Positions 18,040 to 26,815 of a stretch of 32,000 bases of DNA are shown one piece after another (positions within the stretch are counted from its first letter, which is position 1; every line of letters starts with the position of its first letter). The DNA is taken from NCBI GenBank assembly GCA_964354495.1, contig CAYHAA010000001.1, positions 615,010 to 647,009 of the forward strand, written 5' to 3'. The notes beneath the pieces were generated by a model. It did not search any database. It worked only from the letters and a program-made list of their open reading frames with translations, and was not told where the DNA came from. Origin of the DNA: an uncultured archaeon (GTDB lineage: Archaea; Asgardarchaeota; Thorarchaeia; Thorarchaeales; Thorarchaeaceae). The position numbers and the translations under genes were made by a program.

Positions 18040-19230
18040 ATTTCAAGAATTGGCATCATCGGAAATGGCGCAGCGGCAATAACAGCTCTTCGAGAAATCA
18101 GAAGTATCAACTCCGAGGTTGAGATAGATGTTTTCAGCGATGAGCGTTATCCCTACTATCCCCGACCCAATCTGATCGATTTGGTTGCTGGAAGACGGAC
18201 AATCAAGGAAACTATCCTATACGATGTTGATTGGTATGAGAAGCAGTCTGCGAATCTGATGACATCGAAACCAGTAACTCAAATCGAAACAGGAACCAAG
18301 ACGGTCATCACTCCCTCAACAACTCATCGCAACTACGATTCACTTCTCATAGCTGTGGGATGTGTTCCCTTTGTGCCTCCGTTTGAGGGTCTTTCCAAAC
18401 GTAACGTGTACGTCATCAGGACAATTGATGATGCACTCGATATCAAGGAGGCGATGAAAGGCTCTGGAAGGCAGGTTATTATCGGAGGTGGTATCTTGGG
18501 CGTTGAGCTGGCTGCAGCAATAAAGACAGTTGGTGGTGATCCCATTGCTGTCACGAACATTGAAACCCTCTTACCACAACAACTTGACGAAACAGGAAGT
18601 CAAATACTGCTCGGTCACTTAGAAAAATTGGGCCTGAAGGTGCTGAGAGGATTCACTTGCGTGAAGATATCGGGTGAGCATGTAGCTGACGGGATTGTTT
18701 CCGACAAGGGCGAAAAGATTGATGGGGACCTTGTCATTATTGCCACTGGAGTTCGTTCGAATACTCAGATTGCCAAGAATTCCGGCATCAAGGTGAACCG
18801 TGGGATAGTCGCTGATGACTGCATGCAGACATCAGCATCAGGTGTGTATGCCGCAGGTGATTGTATGGAATGGAATGGCCAGTGGAATGGAATCATTCCC
18901 TGGGCGACTACAAGCGCTAGAGTAGCAGCGAGAAACATGCTCAGGCATGGAAGCGTGAAATTCGAAGGCATCATCTCTTCAAATACGCTTCAGGTCGTAG
19001 GAATCGATCTCTCAAGTATCGGTGTGATAAATCCAAAATCGCCTGAGTTTGAAGTATTAGTTTCTGCTGATGAGAAGAGAGGAACATACTACAAGGCAGT
19101 CATTAAGAACAATATCATCGTAGGTGCGATTTCGCTGGGAAATCGGAAACTAGCAATGAAGCTTCGCGGTCTTGTCACTCGGATGACTGATGTGTCAGAT
19201 ATGAAGCAGTCCCTCTTTGACAATGATTGA
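18040..19230 (+). CDS. NAD(P)/FAD-dependent oxidoreductase (NirB/rubredoxin-reductase-like); start codon non-canonical or frameshifted
   Basis: The frame of ORF 18181..19230 is open back to TGA 18034-18036 and contains RIGIIGNGAAA (FAD-binding) and YYPRPNL. Downstream: LIAVGCVP, VIIGGGILG, VIIATGVRSN and VYAAGD. Confidence 0.85.
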   Translation: MSRIGIIGNGAAAITALREIRSINSEVEIDVFSDERYPYYPRPNLIDLVAGRRTIKETILYDVDWYEKQSANLMTSKPVTQIETGTKTVITPSTTHRNYDSLLIAVGCVPFVPPFEGLSKRNVYVIRTIDDALDIKEAMKGSGRQVIIGGGILGVELAAAIKTVGGDPIAVTNIETLLPQQLDETGSQILLGHLEKLGLKVLRGFTCVKISGEHVADGIVSDKGEKIDGDLVIIATGVRSNTQIAKNSGIKVNRGIVADDCMQTSASGVYAAGDCMEWNGQWNGIIPWATTSARVAARNMLRHGSVKFEGIISSNTLQVVGIDLSSIGVINPKSPEFEVLVSADEKRGTYYKAVIKNNIIVGAISLGNRKLAMKLRGLVTRMTDVSDMKQSLFDND

Positions 19231-19338
19231 TGGCTCCATTGTTCTTCGGAGGATGGGACAGAGAGGTCAATCTCCTGTTGGTAGTCGCCATTGTAGGACA
19301 TTTCCACTCTGCTAATCTGGAGGTGGCTTCACTCACAA

Positions 19339-20886
19339 CTAGGTCTCGATTGAAGCCAACAGGGATTCATCCGTCGTGAGCGGTTTCGATTTTGCCTGAA
19401 TATGTGTGGTAGCCAAAATGCTCTCCGTGTAGGACGATACCATTCTGACTACAACTGTGGGGTCCAGAGCCCCGAACTCCAACGAATGCTTAAACTCTCC
19501 ATTACTCTCCATCACCGCGTCATCGAATGCCGCAGCGAAGTCTGCAAGGTCCACTTGATTCTGGAACATTGCAGAGATCGTATAATGCGCCCTGCTCCCG
19601 CTAATTGTTCCCACGACTGTGAAGTCCAATAGCTCTGCTCCTGTCTTTCTGCAAGCCATAGTCACTCCTTGAGTGACATGTGCATCAGTCAGTTTCTCGC
19701 CAGCTAGATTGACCACCCTGCCCTTTCTTCCGATTCTATGAACAGAATACGGTTCGGTGTCAATGAATGTGACCAGATCGCCAATTCGATATCGTGTATA
19801 TCCCATCAGGTTCGTTAGCACAATCTCATATCTTCGTCCCTTTTTCACCTCAGAGAGAGGAATCACATTGGGTTCATCATTTTCAATTTCTGACTCTGGA
19901 ATGAACTCAAAGTAGTTGATGTGGGGTAATAACTGAATGCCATTATTGGTATGAGGAAGTAATGTTGTACCATAGATTCCCTCTGACCCAGCATAGTTGT
20001 CCCATAGAACCGCCTGCGGCAGCGTCTTTGAGAGCCAGGATTTGTAGGGGTCTGCATCAATGCCTGTAGCTCCAATCAGGATGAGATGTGGCCACAGGGT
20101 TTGAAGATCCAGAGTGCCATCATCTCTCAAGGACTCCCGTATTCTTCTTTCGTGTTTGGTACCCTTGAAGTGGTTGAGGAGAGAAGGACCAAACTCATTC
20201 TGCATCTTTCTGATGAACGAGATTGCCAGAGTTGTTATACCTGCCAAGCCAGTGACATTCTCACGCACCGCATACTTTGCATACGCCCAGAGTTTTTCGG
20301 TGATGTCGGTCATATTGAATATCTCTTCTCCAGGCTTGATCAGCTTCCTCATCAGTGCATTCGCTATCAACTCCCGTGAGATTCCGGTCATATACCCGAG
20401 AGGAACGCCGTTGATATCTCCAAGATGTGCAGGTGCAGCGAATGTCAGCATCGTACCTTCGAAGACTCTCTTGTGCTCCTTTCCCGCATTGATGAATGAC
20501 ATCATGAAGAGCATGCTGGCCCTCGAGTAGTCTGCCAATCCAGACTTGCTGATTGGCAGAGCTTTGGGCTTTCCACTCGTACCACTTGATTGGACGTACC
20601 ATATCACGGGATCAGCTGTCACAATAGGAAGATTCGGGGTTTCATGGATGCGTTCAAAATAGGGTTGCATGGAATAATAGTCATAGAGAGGCACCCTTTC
20701 GCTGAATTGCTCAGGTGTCTTTATTGATTCATACCCATGGTCCTTGCCAAATGCAGTATTCCTATGCGCTTCAAGAATTGACTTGAGCTTGCTTTCAGTC
20801 AAACCTACAGGATTGTTCAGGATGTTCTCAATCTCCTTTGTCTTCCTCTTCGCGAGGATTGGAACAATCTTACTCATAATTGACAT
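19339..20886 (-). CDS. GH3 family acyl-adenylate/amido synthetase ('auxin-responsive GH3' family)
   Basis: HRNTAFGKDHG, FSERVPLYDY, QSSGTSGKPK, YAGSEG, YFEFIPE, YEIVLTNLMGYTRYRIGD and GEKLT. Confidence 0.92.
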   Translation of the reverse strand: MSIMSKIVPILAKRKTKEIENILNNPVGLTESKLKSILEAHRNTAFGKDHGYESIKTPEQFSERVPLYDYYSMQPYFERIHETPNLPIVTADPVIWYVQSSGTSGKPKALPISKSGLADYSRASMLFMMSFINAGKEHKRVFEGTMLTFAAPAHLGDINGVPLGYMTGISRELIANALMRKLIKPGEEIFNMTDITEKLWAYAKYAVRENVTGLAGITTLAISFIRKMQNEFGPSLLNHFKGTKHERRIRESLRDDGTLDLQTLWPHLILIGATGIDADPYKSWLSKTLPQAVLWDNYAGSEGIYGTTLLPHTNNGIQLLPHINYFEFIPESEIENDEPNVIPLSEVKKGRRYEIVLTNLMGYTRYRIGDLVTFIDTEPYSVHRIGRKGRVVNLAGEKLTDAHVTQGVTMACRKTGAELLDFTVVGTISGSRAHYTISAMFQNQVDLADFAAAFDDAVMESNGEFKHSLEFGALDPTVVVRMVSSYTESILATTHIQAKSKPLTTDESLLASIET

Positions 20887-21480
20887 CTCTCATCTTGCCT
20901 CCAACAGCTAAGACTAAGTAGCCTTGCCTGTTGGAACGTGCATCTCAATTCTGATTATTGTCTGCTCCGTTGTTCATAGAAGTCCTCTATGCTATCTCTC
21001 CAAGACTCTACAGCAGGTTCCATAGATTCTTGCCAGCAAATTCGCGCTATTGTGGCTCTTTTCCTTCTGGACTAGGCTATTGCCAGACTTCTACTATCAG
21101 TGTTAGTACCAAACTGCAAGAGTCAGAGGGTTTTCTCTCGTTCTTCTTGGGTTCGAGCCGGCATGTGGCTTCCATCGCCTTTTCTTCACCAACGCGTCGA
21201 TTCAAACTTGACCTCATACAACAGGAACTGCTTCTTCTTCCAACAAGAGATTGAATGTGCCATTAATGATCTGTTGGACTTGCAGAACTGTACTCTTCCA
21301 CTACCCAGAAGTCTAACACGAGCTTTGTTCAGGGTCAATGGAGCTCTATGAAATGCGATTAAGCAGCCTATGACCATCATAGTCGCTATAGGCAAACTCC
21401 AACTTCTCATATCGAGCTTCTACTCCTCTGGGCAGATTGAACTATCTTTGAGTGACAGTTGTTCTCGTACGGTGCATGAG

Positions 21481-22233
21481 ATGATTACGCAACTGGACGA
21501 ACAACTGGCCGCAGCAGTGAAAGGTGTGAAAGCACACACCACTGTGGATGTCACCCTCGTCCTTCAGGTCATGTTCAACAGCAGCGATCGCAGTATCATC
21601 ACTGCTAAGCTTCGGTACAATGGGCATGACAGGGACACCAACTTGGTGATGGTTGTTGGACTGAGGAGCGATATTCTCTCACCATTCCAGAAGATTAGTT
21701 TGGATCAGAGGGGCCGCTATCGACCCTGTGATATCCCTGGATTAGTGCCAGGACTCGCGCAGCTCGCACTATCAGCAAACAATGGTGTGATGCTTAGCGC
21801 AATTTCGCGCGAAGAGGTAACCCGATTCATCTTGGTCTTTGAAGGTTTAGCTGAGCGAAAGGGTGGATGCTTGAAGGCACTTGCATCGGTTCTCACTGCT
21901 TTCATGAAGCGGTGGACTGATTGGACCGATGTATTGCTAGGTACTCTGAAGCGAGATCCGATTGTAGGCGATTGGGACGTCGACTGGAGGGAGATGTTGG
22001 CTGGTGAAAGCGGGTATGCGACAATGGCTTGGTTCACACCCTTGACATATTCCGACCGTGAAACCGGGCTCCAGAGAATCGTTGCTGCATCTCAAGCTCT
22101 GCTCGTATCGGTACTCAGCGCGAATCAACTGAAGGACCCGATGATATTTGGCCTGAAGGATTGGCTCACATCACTGAAACCCCTTCCGCAGGTCGCAAGT
22201 AGCATGCAAGTTGGTGAGGAGGTAGAAATCTAG
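21481..22233 (+). CDS. Hypothetical protein, first gene of the recombination-associated operon
   Basis: Long ORF with natural composition; start placed at ATG 21481 (GGTG at 21471-21474), while the ORF track gives 21370. The stop is 1 nt before the next gene. Confidence 0.7.
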   Translation: MITQLDEQLAAAVKGVKAHTTVDVTLVLQVMFNSSDRSIITAKLRYNGHDRDTNLVMVVGLRSDILSPFQKISLDQRGRYRPCDIPGLVPGLAQLALSANNGVMLSAISREEVTRFILVFEGLAERKGGCLKALASVLTAFMKRWTDWTDVLLGTLKRDPIVGDWDVDWREMLAGESGYATMAWFTPLTYSDRETGLQRIVAASQALLVSVLSANQLKDPMIFGLKDWLTSLKPLPQVASSMQVGEEVEI

Positions 22234-22234
22234 T

Positions 22235-22702
22235 TTGATGGTTGATGATGTAATTTACAGTATTCCCCGTGAAACATACAGCCTGCCCCAAGCGTCTTGG
22301 TTGGCAGGTGCAGCAGCAGGTCTTCAGATCATGGGCCCGAGGACCCCTGAGTGGCTGTGGAATGATTTCATCCGTGATATCTATGATATGATACGAATGA
22401 TTGGTGATGTCGTACCTGCAGAGCCAGGTACTGCCCCTACTTATGGCGATGGCCATGTGGGAAGTGCATTCGACGCTCTTGGGGGCTATATCAGCATTGT
22501 AGGTGAAATATGTCCCGAAGGGCTCTATTTTCGTGTGCCCTTAGTTCGCCAGGAGGACGTAGCTCGTTTGCTGAATGGCCTGACACTCTTCAGATCACAA
22601 GGCGAAATCGTCATTCCTCTATACGATCTTCCAGCCTTCTCGCGTCTTGTTCCTCTGGAAGGACCGGTTGCTGAGCAGCTTGAAGATGAGGTGACTCCAT
22701 GA
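22235..22702 (+). CDS. Hypothetical protein (possible degenerate LAGLIDADG-like fold)
   Basis: GAGGAGGT RBS at 22216-22223; ATGA overlap with radA. Segment GSAFDALGGYISI weakly resembles a LAGLIDADG helix. Confidence 0.65.
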   Translation: MMVDDVIYSIPRETYSLPQASWLAGAAAGLQIMGPRTPEWLWNDFIRDIYDMIRMIGDVVPAEPGTAPTYGDGHVGSAFDALGGYISIVGEICPEGLYFRVPLVRQEDVARLLNGLTLFRSQGEIVIPLYDLPAFSRLVPLEGPVAEQLEDEVTP

Positions 22703-23790
22703 CCGAACTCGAAGCTGTGCCTGGCGTAGGCCCTGCAGTGGCCAAGAAGCTTCGGGAGGCTTATGTTACCACGGCTGAGCTTCTTGCAGTGCAGAATCCT
22801 GTGGAACTTCTGAAGCGTACAAAGTTAGGAGAAGGCACAACTGACAAAATAATCAAGAATGCTCGTCAGCTCATTGGCAAGTTCGGCTTTCGGTCCGGGC
22901 TTGAAATCGAGCAGGAAATGGCAACCAAACCTCGACTGAAGACTGGAGTCGGGAAGATTGACGAATGCCTTCTTGGCGGCATCGAAGTCGGGTCCATCGT
23001 TGAGATATTTGGGCCTGCCCGAGGTGGAAAGACCCAGTGGGTTTCGCAGCTTGCAGTGATGGCCCAACTTCCGTATAAGCAGGGTGGGCTTGAAGGCAGG
23101 GTTCTCTGGCTTGATACTGAATCAAGTTTCAAACCTTGGATAATTAGAGCGAATGCGGTCAGGCATGGTCTGGATCCAGATATCGCACTCGGCAACATCG
23201 GGCGCGCTGAGATTGTGCTTTCTGGCCAGATTGCTGAAATTTTTGAGAGCATCCCTCAGCTCTGCGCCGAACAGAACTACAAGCTTGTTGTGATTGACAG
23301 TTTCACTGGTCTCTTTCGTGCCGAGTACACAGGGCTCGAGTCTATGCGTGTCCGACAACAGGACATGAATTCTCTCCTTAACCACATGCGACGTACAGCT
23401 GCTGCAACAGAAGCCATCTTTGCATATACGAACCAAGTCATGGCAAAGATCTCAAACTACGGAGGCAATCCCAATGCGCCTGTCGGTGGACACATCATTT
23501 CGCATGCGAGTGATTACAGATTCTACACGCGCAGGACCAAAGCTGATATTCGCAAGATTGAACTACAGGACAACGCCGGCCTGCCAGAGTTCGATGTTGA
23601 TGTGTACGTAGGTTGGGGTGGATTCTATTCTGACTCCAAGGCAAAGAAGGAGCATGAGCCTGATGTCTTAGAGTACTTCGAGAAGCGAGGTATCAACGTT
23701 CAGGAGGAGGCAGGTGCACTGGGCTCTGATTCAGAAGAAGAGGAGCTCGTGGCAGTGGCTGAGTCAGCCCAGGCAGGCGACGATACGTGA
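22699..23790 (+). CDS. radA: RadA/Rad51-family recombinase paralogue with N-terminal HhH domain and acidic tail
   Basis: LEAVPGVGP (HhH), LKTGVGKIDECLLGGIEVG, Walker A GPARGGKT, LDTESSF, Walker B LVVIDSF, RQQ, TNQV and GGHIISH. GAGGTGA RBS at 22688. Confidence 0.92.
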   Translation: MTELEAVPGVGPAVAKKLREAYVTTAELLAVQNPVELLKRTKLGEGTTDKIIKNARQLIGKFGFRSGLEIEQEMATKPRLKTGVGKIDECLLGGIEVGSIVEIFGPARGGKTQWVSQLAVMAQLPYKQGGLEGRVLWLDTESSFKPWIIRANAVRHGLDPDIALGNIGRAEIVLSGQIAEIFESIPQLCAEQNYKLVVIDSFTGLFRAEYTGLESMRVRQQDMNSLLNHMRRTAAATEAIFAYTNQVMAKISNYGGNPNAPVGGHIISHASDYRFYTRRTKADIRKIELQDNAGLPEFDVDVYVGWGGFYSDSKAKKEHEPDVLEYFEKRGINVQEEAGALGSDSEEEELVAVAESAQAGDDT

Positions 23791-24245
23791 GCAGAGACCG
23801 GGGCATGTTCCGAGTCTACCATTGTGCGAAATGCAACAACATTGGTTACAGCCAAGTAGAGAGTGAAGAGGATCTCACCAGATGCGGTCTATGTCACGCT
23901 CCCATTCTACATGAAACTGGAACTGTCTACGCAGTGACGAAGCACGAAGCCCAGACGTTAGTACGAGAACTTGCTCTTGAATCACATACTTCAAGGGCTG
24001 CTTCAAAGCGAAGCCCTCCACGTGGACTAGGCGTGAAGAGGAGAGTATACAATATTATTGAGGCATTGGTGGACATCAAACGAGGCAAACCCACCTCACT
24101 TGAGGAAGTGATGAGGGAATGCAGCGAGGCTGGGATAGAGCTTCGCCGTGCAATGAAGTTCTTGGAAACTCTGGAGTCGGAGGGCTTGATTGTCAATGAT
24201 GGTGCGAATATTACTATAACACGCGAGGTATGGCCCGATGGCTAG
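23787..24245 (+). CDS. Zinc-ribbon (CxxC...CxxC) plus C-terminal winged-helix protein (DUF1922/DUF5817-like architecture)
   Basis: HCAKC...RCGLC, then RVYNIIEAL...SLEEVMRECSEAGI...KFLETLESEGLI, resembling MCM-type C-terminal WH. GTGA overlap with radA. Confidence 0.7.
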   Translation: MSRDRGMFRVYHCAKCNNIGYSQVESEEDLTRCGLCHAPILHETGTVYAVTKHEAQTLVRELALESHTSRAASKRSPPRGLGVKRRVYNIIEALVDIKRGKPTSLEEVMRECSEAGIELRRAMKFLETLESEGLIVNDGANITITREVWPDG

Positions 24246-24858
24246 CTCTGATAGCCTTTCAGATTCCTTGTTGCCTAATAAGGCAGCGGCCTGCATTCCG
24301 CAGTGGTCGATGATTAGCCTAGTCAATCTCATGCTTAGAAAAACGCCGCATAGAGTATCTGTCTTAGAGCGATGTGATGGCCCCGACCCTCAGTTATTTG
24401 TCGTGACGCGCGTTGAGTGGAGAGACCCTGACGTCAAGAAACCATTTCTTTCACAGCTACCTAGGATACTCTCTCTTCTCGAGACTCTTCGTGGTTCCAA
24501 GGGTGTCCCTCGAGAGGTCTATCTTGACAGCACAGAAGGTGTCGTGGTCTACCTGCCCAGTGGCTTGAAGGTTTCCGAGTTGCCTCATGAACCCAAGAAT
24601 GCAGTTCATCTTCTGATGTCCATTGTAGAAACCTCTCTCGAACATCTGTATTCAACTATGGGAGACGTTGAATCTTGGTTCTGGAAGGCTGCTCGCCAGA
24701 AGGGATTCAGTCCCGAGATTGTTGAGAAGATGGGGAAGAAGGAGGCGCACTACGACTCTAATGATTTGATGTGGCGGTTTCAACGACTCCTCCAGAAGTA
24801 CTTCTCGTTGAGGTTCACTATTCAACGGAGCGAGTCATGCTTAAGATTGGAGGATTAA
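24238..24858 (+). CDS. Hypothetical protein
   Basis: 206-aa ORF overlapping the upstream gene by 8 nt and ending 2 nt before the XPD start. Confidence 0.7.
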   Translation: MASSDSLSDSLLPNKAAACIPQWSMISLVNLMLRKTPHRVSVLERCDGPDPQLFVVTRVEWRDPDVKKPFLSQLPRILSLLETLRGSKGVPREVYLDSTEGVVVYLPSGLKVSELPHEPKNAVHLLMSIVETSLEHLYSTMGDVESWFWKAARQKGFSPEIVEKMGKKEAHYDSNDLMWRFQRLLQKYFSLRFTIQRSESCLRLED

Positions 24859-24860
24859 GA

Positions 24861-26813
24861 GTGAGCAGCGCGACAATCGACCCTATGATCTATTTCCCCT
24901 ATTCTCCGAGGCAATATCAGGAGAGAGCAGTAAGCCTAGCTGCAAAGGCTTTCTCCTCGGATACGGTCGGGCTTCTTCACGCAGACTGTGGGATTGGCAA
25001 GACAATCGCAGTGCTCTCCGGATATCTTGCTTGTCGAGCTATGGATTCAGCTGCTCATCTTTTTGCTCTGACGCGTACTCATTCCCAATCTAAGGTCTTT
25101 GAGACAGAGCTTGAGGTGCTCAGAAGCGCAGTGCCTCATCTGGCTGCTACCACCATGGTATCTCGAGTTCATGTCTGTCCAATTCGTCATCAGATGGAAT
25201 CGCTCAGTCATACAGGTTTCATGCGAGCGTGCGTAAATATGATTAAGACTGAGCAGTGCATCTACTACTGGAATTTCTACAAGCGAAGCAATACTGATGG
25301 CAAAGTAGTCATCGATGAGGATGGGCGCAGGGCAATAGGGGACCTGCTTGATACTGGAGTTGTCACGAGAGAGAGGGCTGAAGAACGAGCGGCGCAGGAT
25401 GGCTATTGTCCCTACGAGATTATGCGATGGTGCGCTCGTGGAAGCATGGTCGTCATCGGACCCTATTCCTACATGTTCAAGTCACGAGTCCGAGAGGCTC
25501 TCCTCTCATCCTTAGGTCTCTCTCTCAATGAAGTGGACCTGCTCATCGATGAGGCCCACAATCTGTCAGGGCACGTTCTTGATGCTGAGACATCAATTCT
25601 AAGTAACGATGATCTGCGATGGTTGAGGGAGAATAGCCAGCTAGTGGTTCGAGAAACAGGCGTATCGTGGATTCGCGAGGCGATTGACTTTCTTTGGGAG
25701 AGCATGATGCTTCACCTGGACACTATGCAGAAACAGACGGAGTGTCCTCTTGACAAGTGGGATGTTGCGCCTAGGTTCATCAAGGATGAGGACCTCGACA
25801 TCCTTCACCGTGTGGGCCGACCAGAGCTTGGCGACCCAGAAAATGCCAGTCTTGTTGAGACTCCTCTTGATAGACTCATTGAGTTCCTCTACACCGCTCA
25901 AAGAGCTGCACGAAGTGATGGATGGCACGTTACTCTGCACGTGGATCATTCATTCTCTGATGACTTGCCAAGATCAACATCTTCTCTCATGATTCAACCA
26001 CTCAACTCTGCAGGATTGACTGCTCCAATTCTCAGAGGAGCTAGATCTGCTGTACTGATGTCTGGGACTCTCCGGCCGCTGGACTATTACGAGCGTCTGT
26101 TGGGCGTGCCAAACGCGATTTCGGATGACCTCACAAGCCCTTACCCCCGAGGCACACGACTTGTACTCATTGACAAGAGGCTGAACACGCGATACAAGGA
26201 ACGCAACCCGGAGTTATGGCGAGATGTTGCAGCAAGGATTTCCGCTGCTCTCTGTACCATGCCTGCGAACAAGAGTGCGCTCGTTGCGTTTCCCTCCTAC
26301 AAGATGATGAGCGAGGTAATGAGCTATAGTATAGATACCGGATTTCGGGAGGCATTAGTAGAAACGCGAGATGCCCTGTTGGAAACCGTTGCTCAAGCGA
26401 TTTCACACAGCCCTTGCGCTATGTTTTGCGTATATGGCGGCAAGTTCTCGGAAGGAATCGATCTTGTCAGTGCTGGTTCTAGTATGATTGACCTGATTAT
26501 TGGCGTAGGCATACCATTCAGTCCTCCGACAAGCTATCAGACAGCTCTTCAGAGCTGGTATGATAGCAAGTTCGGGCATGGCATGGGCTACTACTATGCA
26601 TCTGTCGTACCATCAATCAGACAGGTTGCACAGTTGGTTGGGAGACTGAGACGCTCTCCAAGTGATTCTGGTGTTGTCGTACTTCTTGATAATAGGTTTC
26701 TACAGCATCTGTCGGTCTTTGGGGATGAAATTGTATCGGACGTCTGGCCATACAATGACCCCATGGAAATGAAGGAGGCGATTACACAATTCAACCAGGT
26801 GAGGCTGGGATAG
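24861..26813 (+). CDS. XPD/Rad3/DinG-family ATP-dependent Fe-S DNA helicase
   Basis: FPYSPRQYQ (Q motif), ADCGIGKT, four Fe-S Cys (RVHVCP, RACV, QCIYY, YCPYE), IDEAHNL, MSGTL, FPSY, GGKFSEGID, GIPF and QLVGRLRR. Start placed at GTG 24861 after GGAGG. Confidence 0.93.
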   Translation: MSSATIDPMIYFPYSPRQYQERAVSLAAKAFSSDTVGLLHADCGIGKTIAVLSGYLACRAMDSAAHLFALTRTHSQSKVFETELEVLRSAVPHLAATTMVSRVHVCPIRHQMESLSHTGFMRACVNMIKTEQCIYYWNFYKRSNTDGKVVIDEDGRRAIGDLLDTGVVTRERAEERAAQDGYCPYEIMRWCARGSMVVIGPYSYMFKSRVREALLSSLGLSLNEVDLLIDEAHNLSGHVLDAETSILSNDDLRWLRENSQLVVRETGVSWIREAIDFLWESMMLHLDTMQKQTECPLDKWDVAPRFIKDEDLDILHRVGRPELGDPENASLVETPLDRLIEFLYTAQRAARSDGWHVTLHVDHSFSDDLPRSTSSLMIQPLNSAGLTAPILRGARSAVLMSGTLRPLDYYERLLGVPNAISDDLTSPYPRGTRLVLIDKRLNTRYKERNPELWRDVAARISAALCTMPANKSALVAFPSYKMMSEVMSYSIDTGFREALVETRDALLETVAQAISHSPCAMFCVYGGKFSEGIDLVSAGSSMIDLIIGVGIPFSPPTSYQTALQSWYDSKFGHGMGYYYASVVPSIRQVAQLVGRLRRSPSDSGVVVLLDNRFLQHLSVFGDEIVSDVWPYNDPMEMKEAITQFNQVRLG

Positions 26814-26815
26814 AT

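Noticed and set aside
21145-21165. GGTTCGA, resembling a tRNA T-loop
   Set aside because: The flanks (TTGGG / CGGCA) do not form a T-stem, and no acceptor, D or anticodon arms can be built.
20958-21410. Short ORFs 20958..21254 (+), 21100..21351 (+) and 21186..21410 (-)
   Set aside because: They overlap each other, lack an RBS or recognisable motif, and have atypical composition; not called as genes.
22699-26813. Inteins in RadA or the XPD helicase
   Set aside because: Motif spacing and lengths are normal and there are no intein splice-junction motifs.
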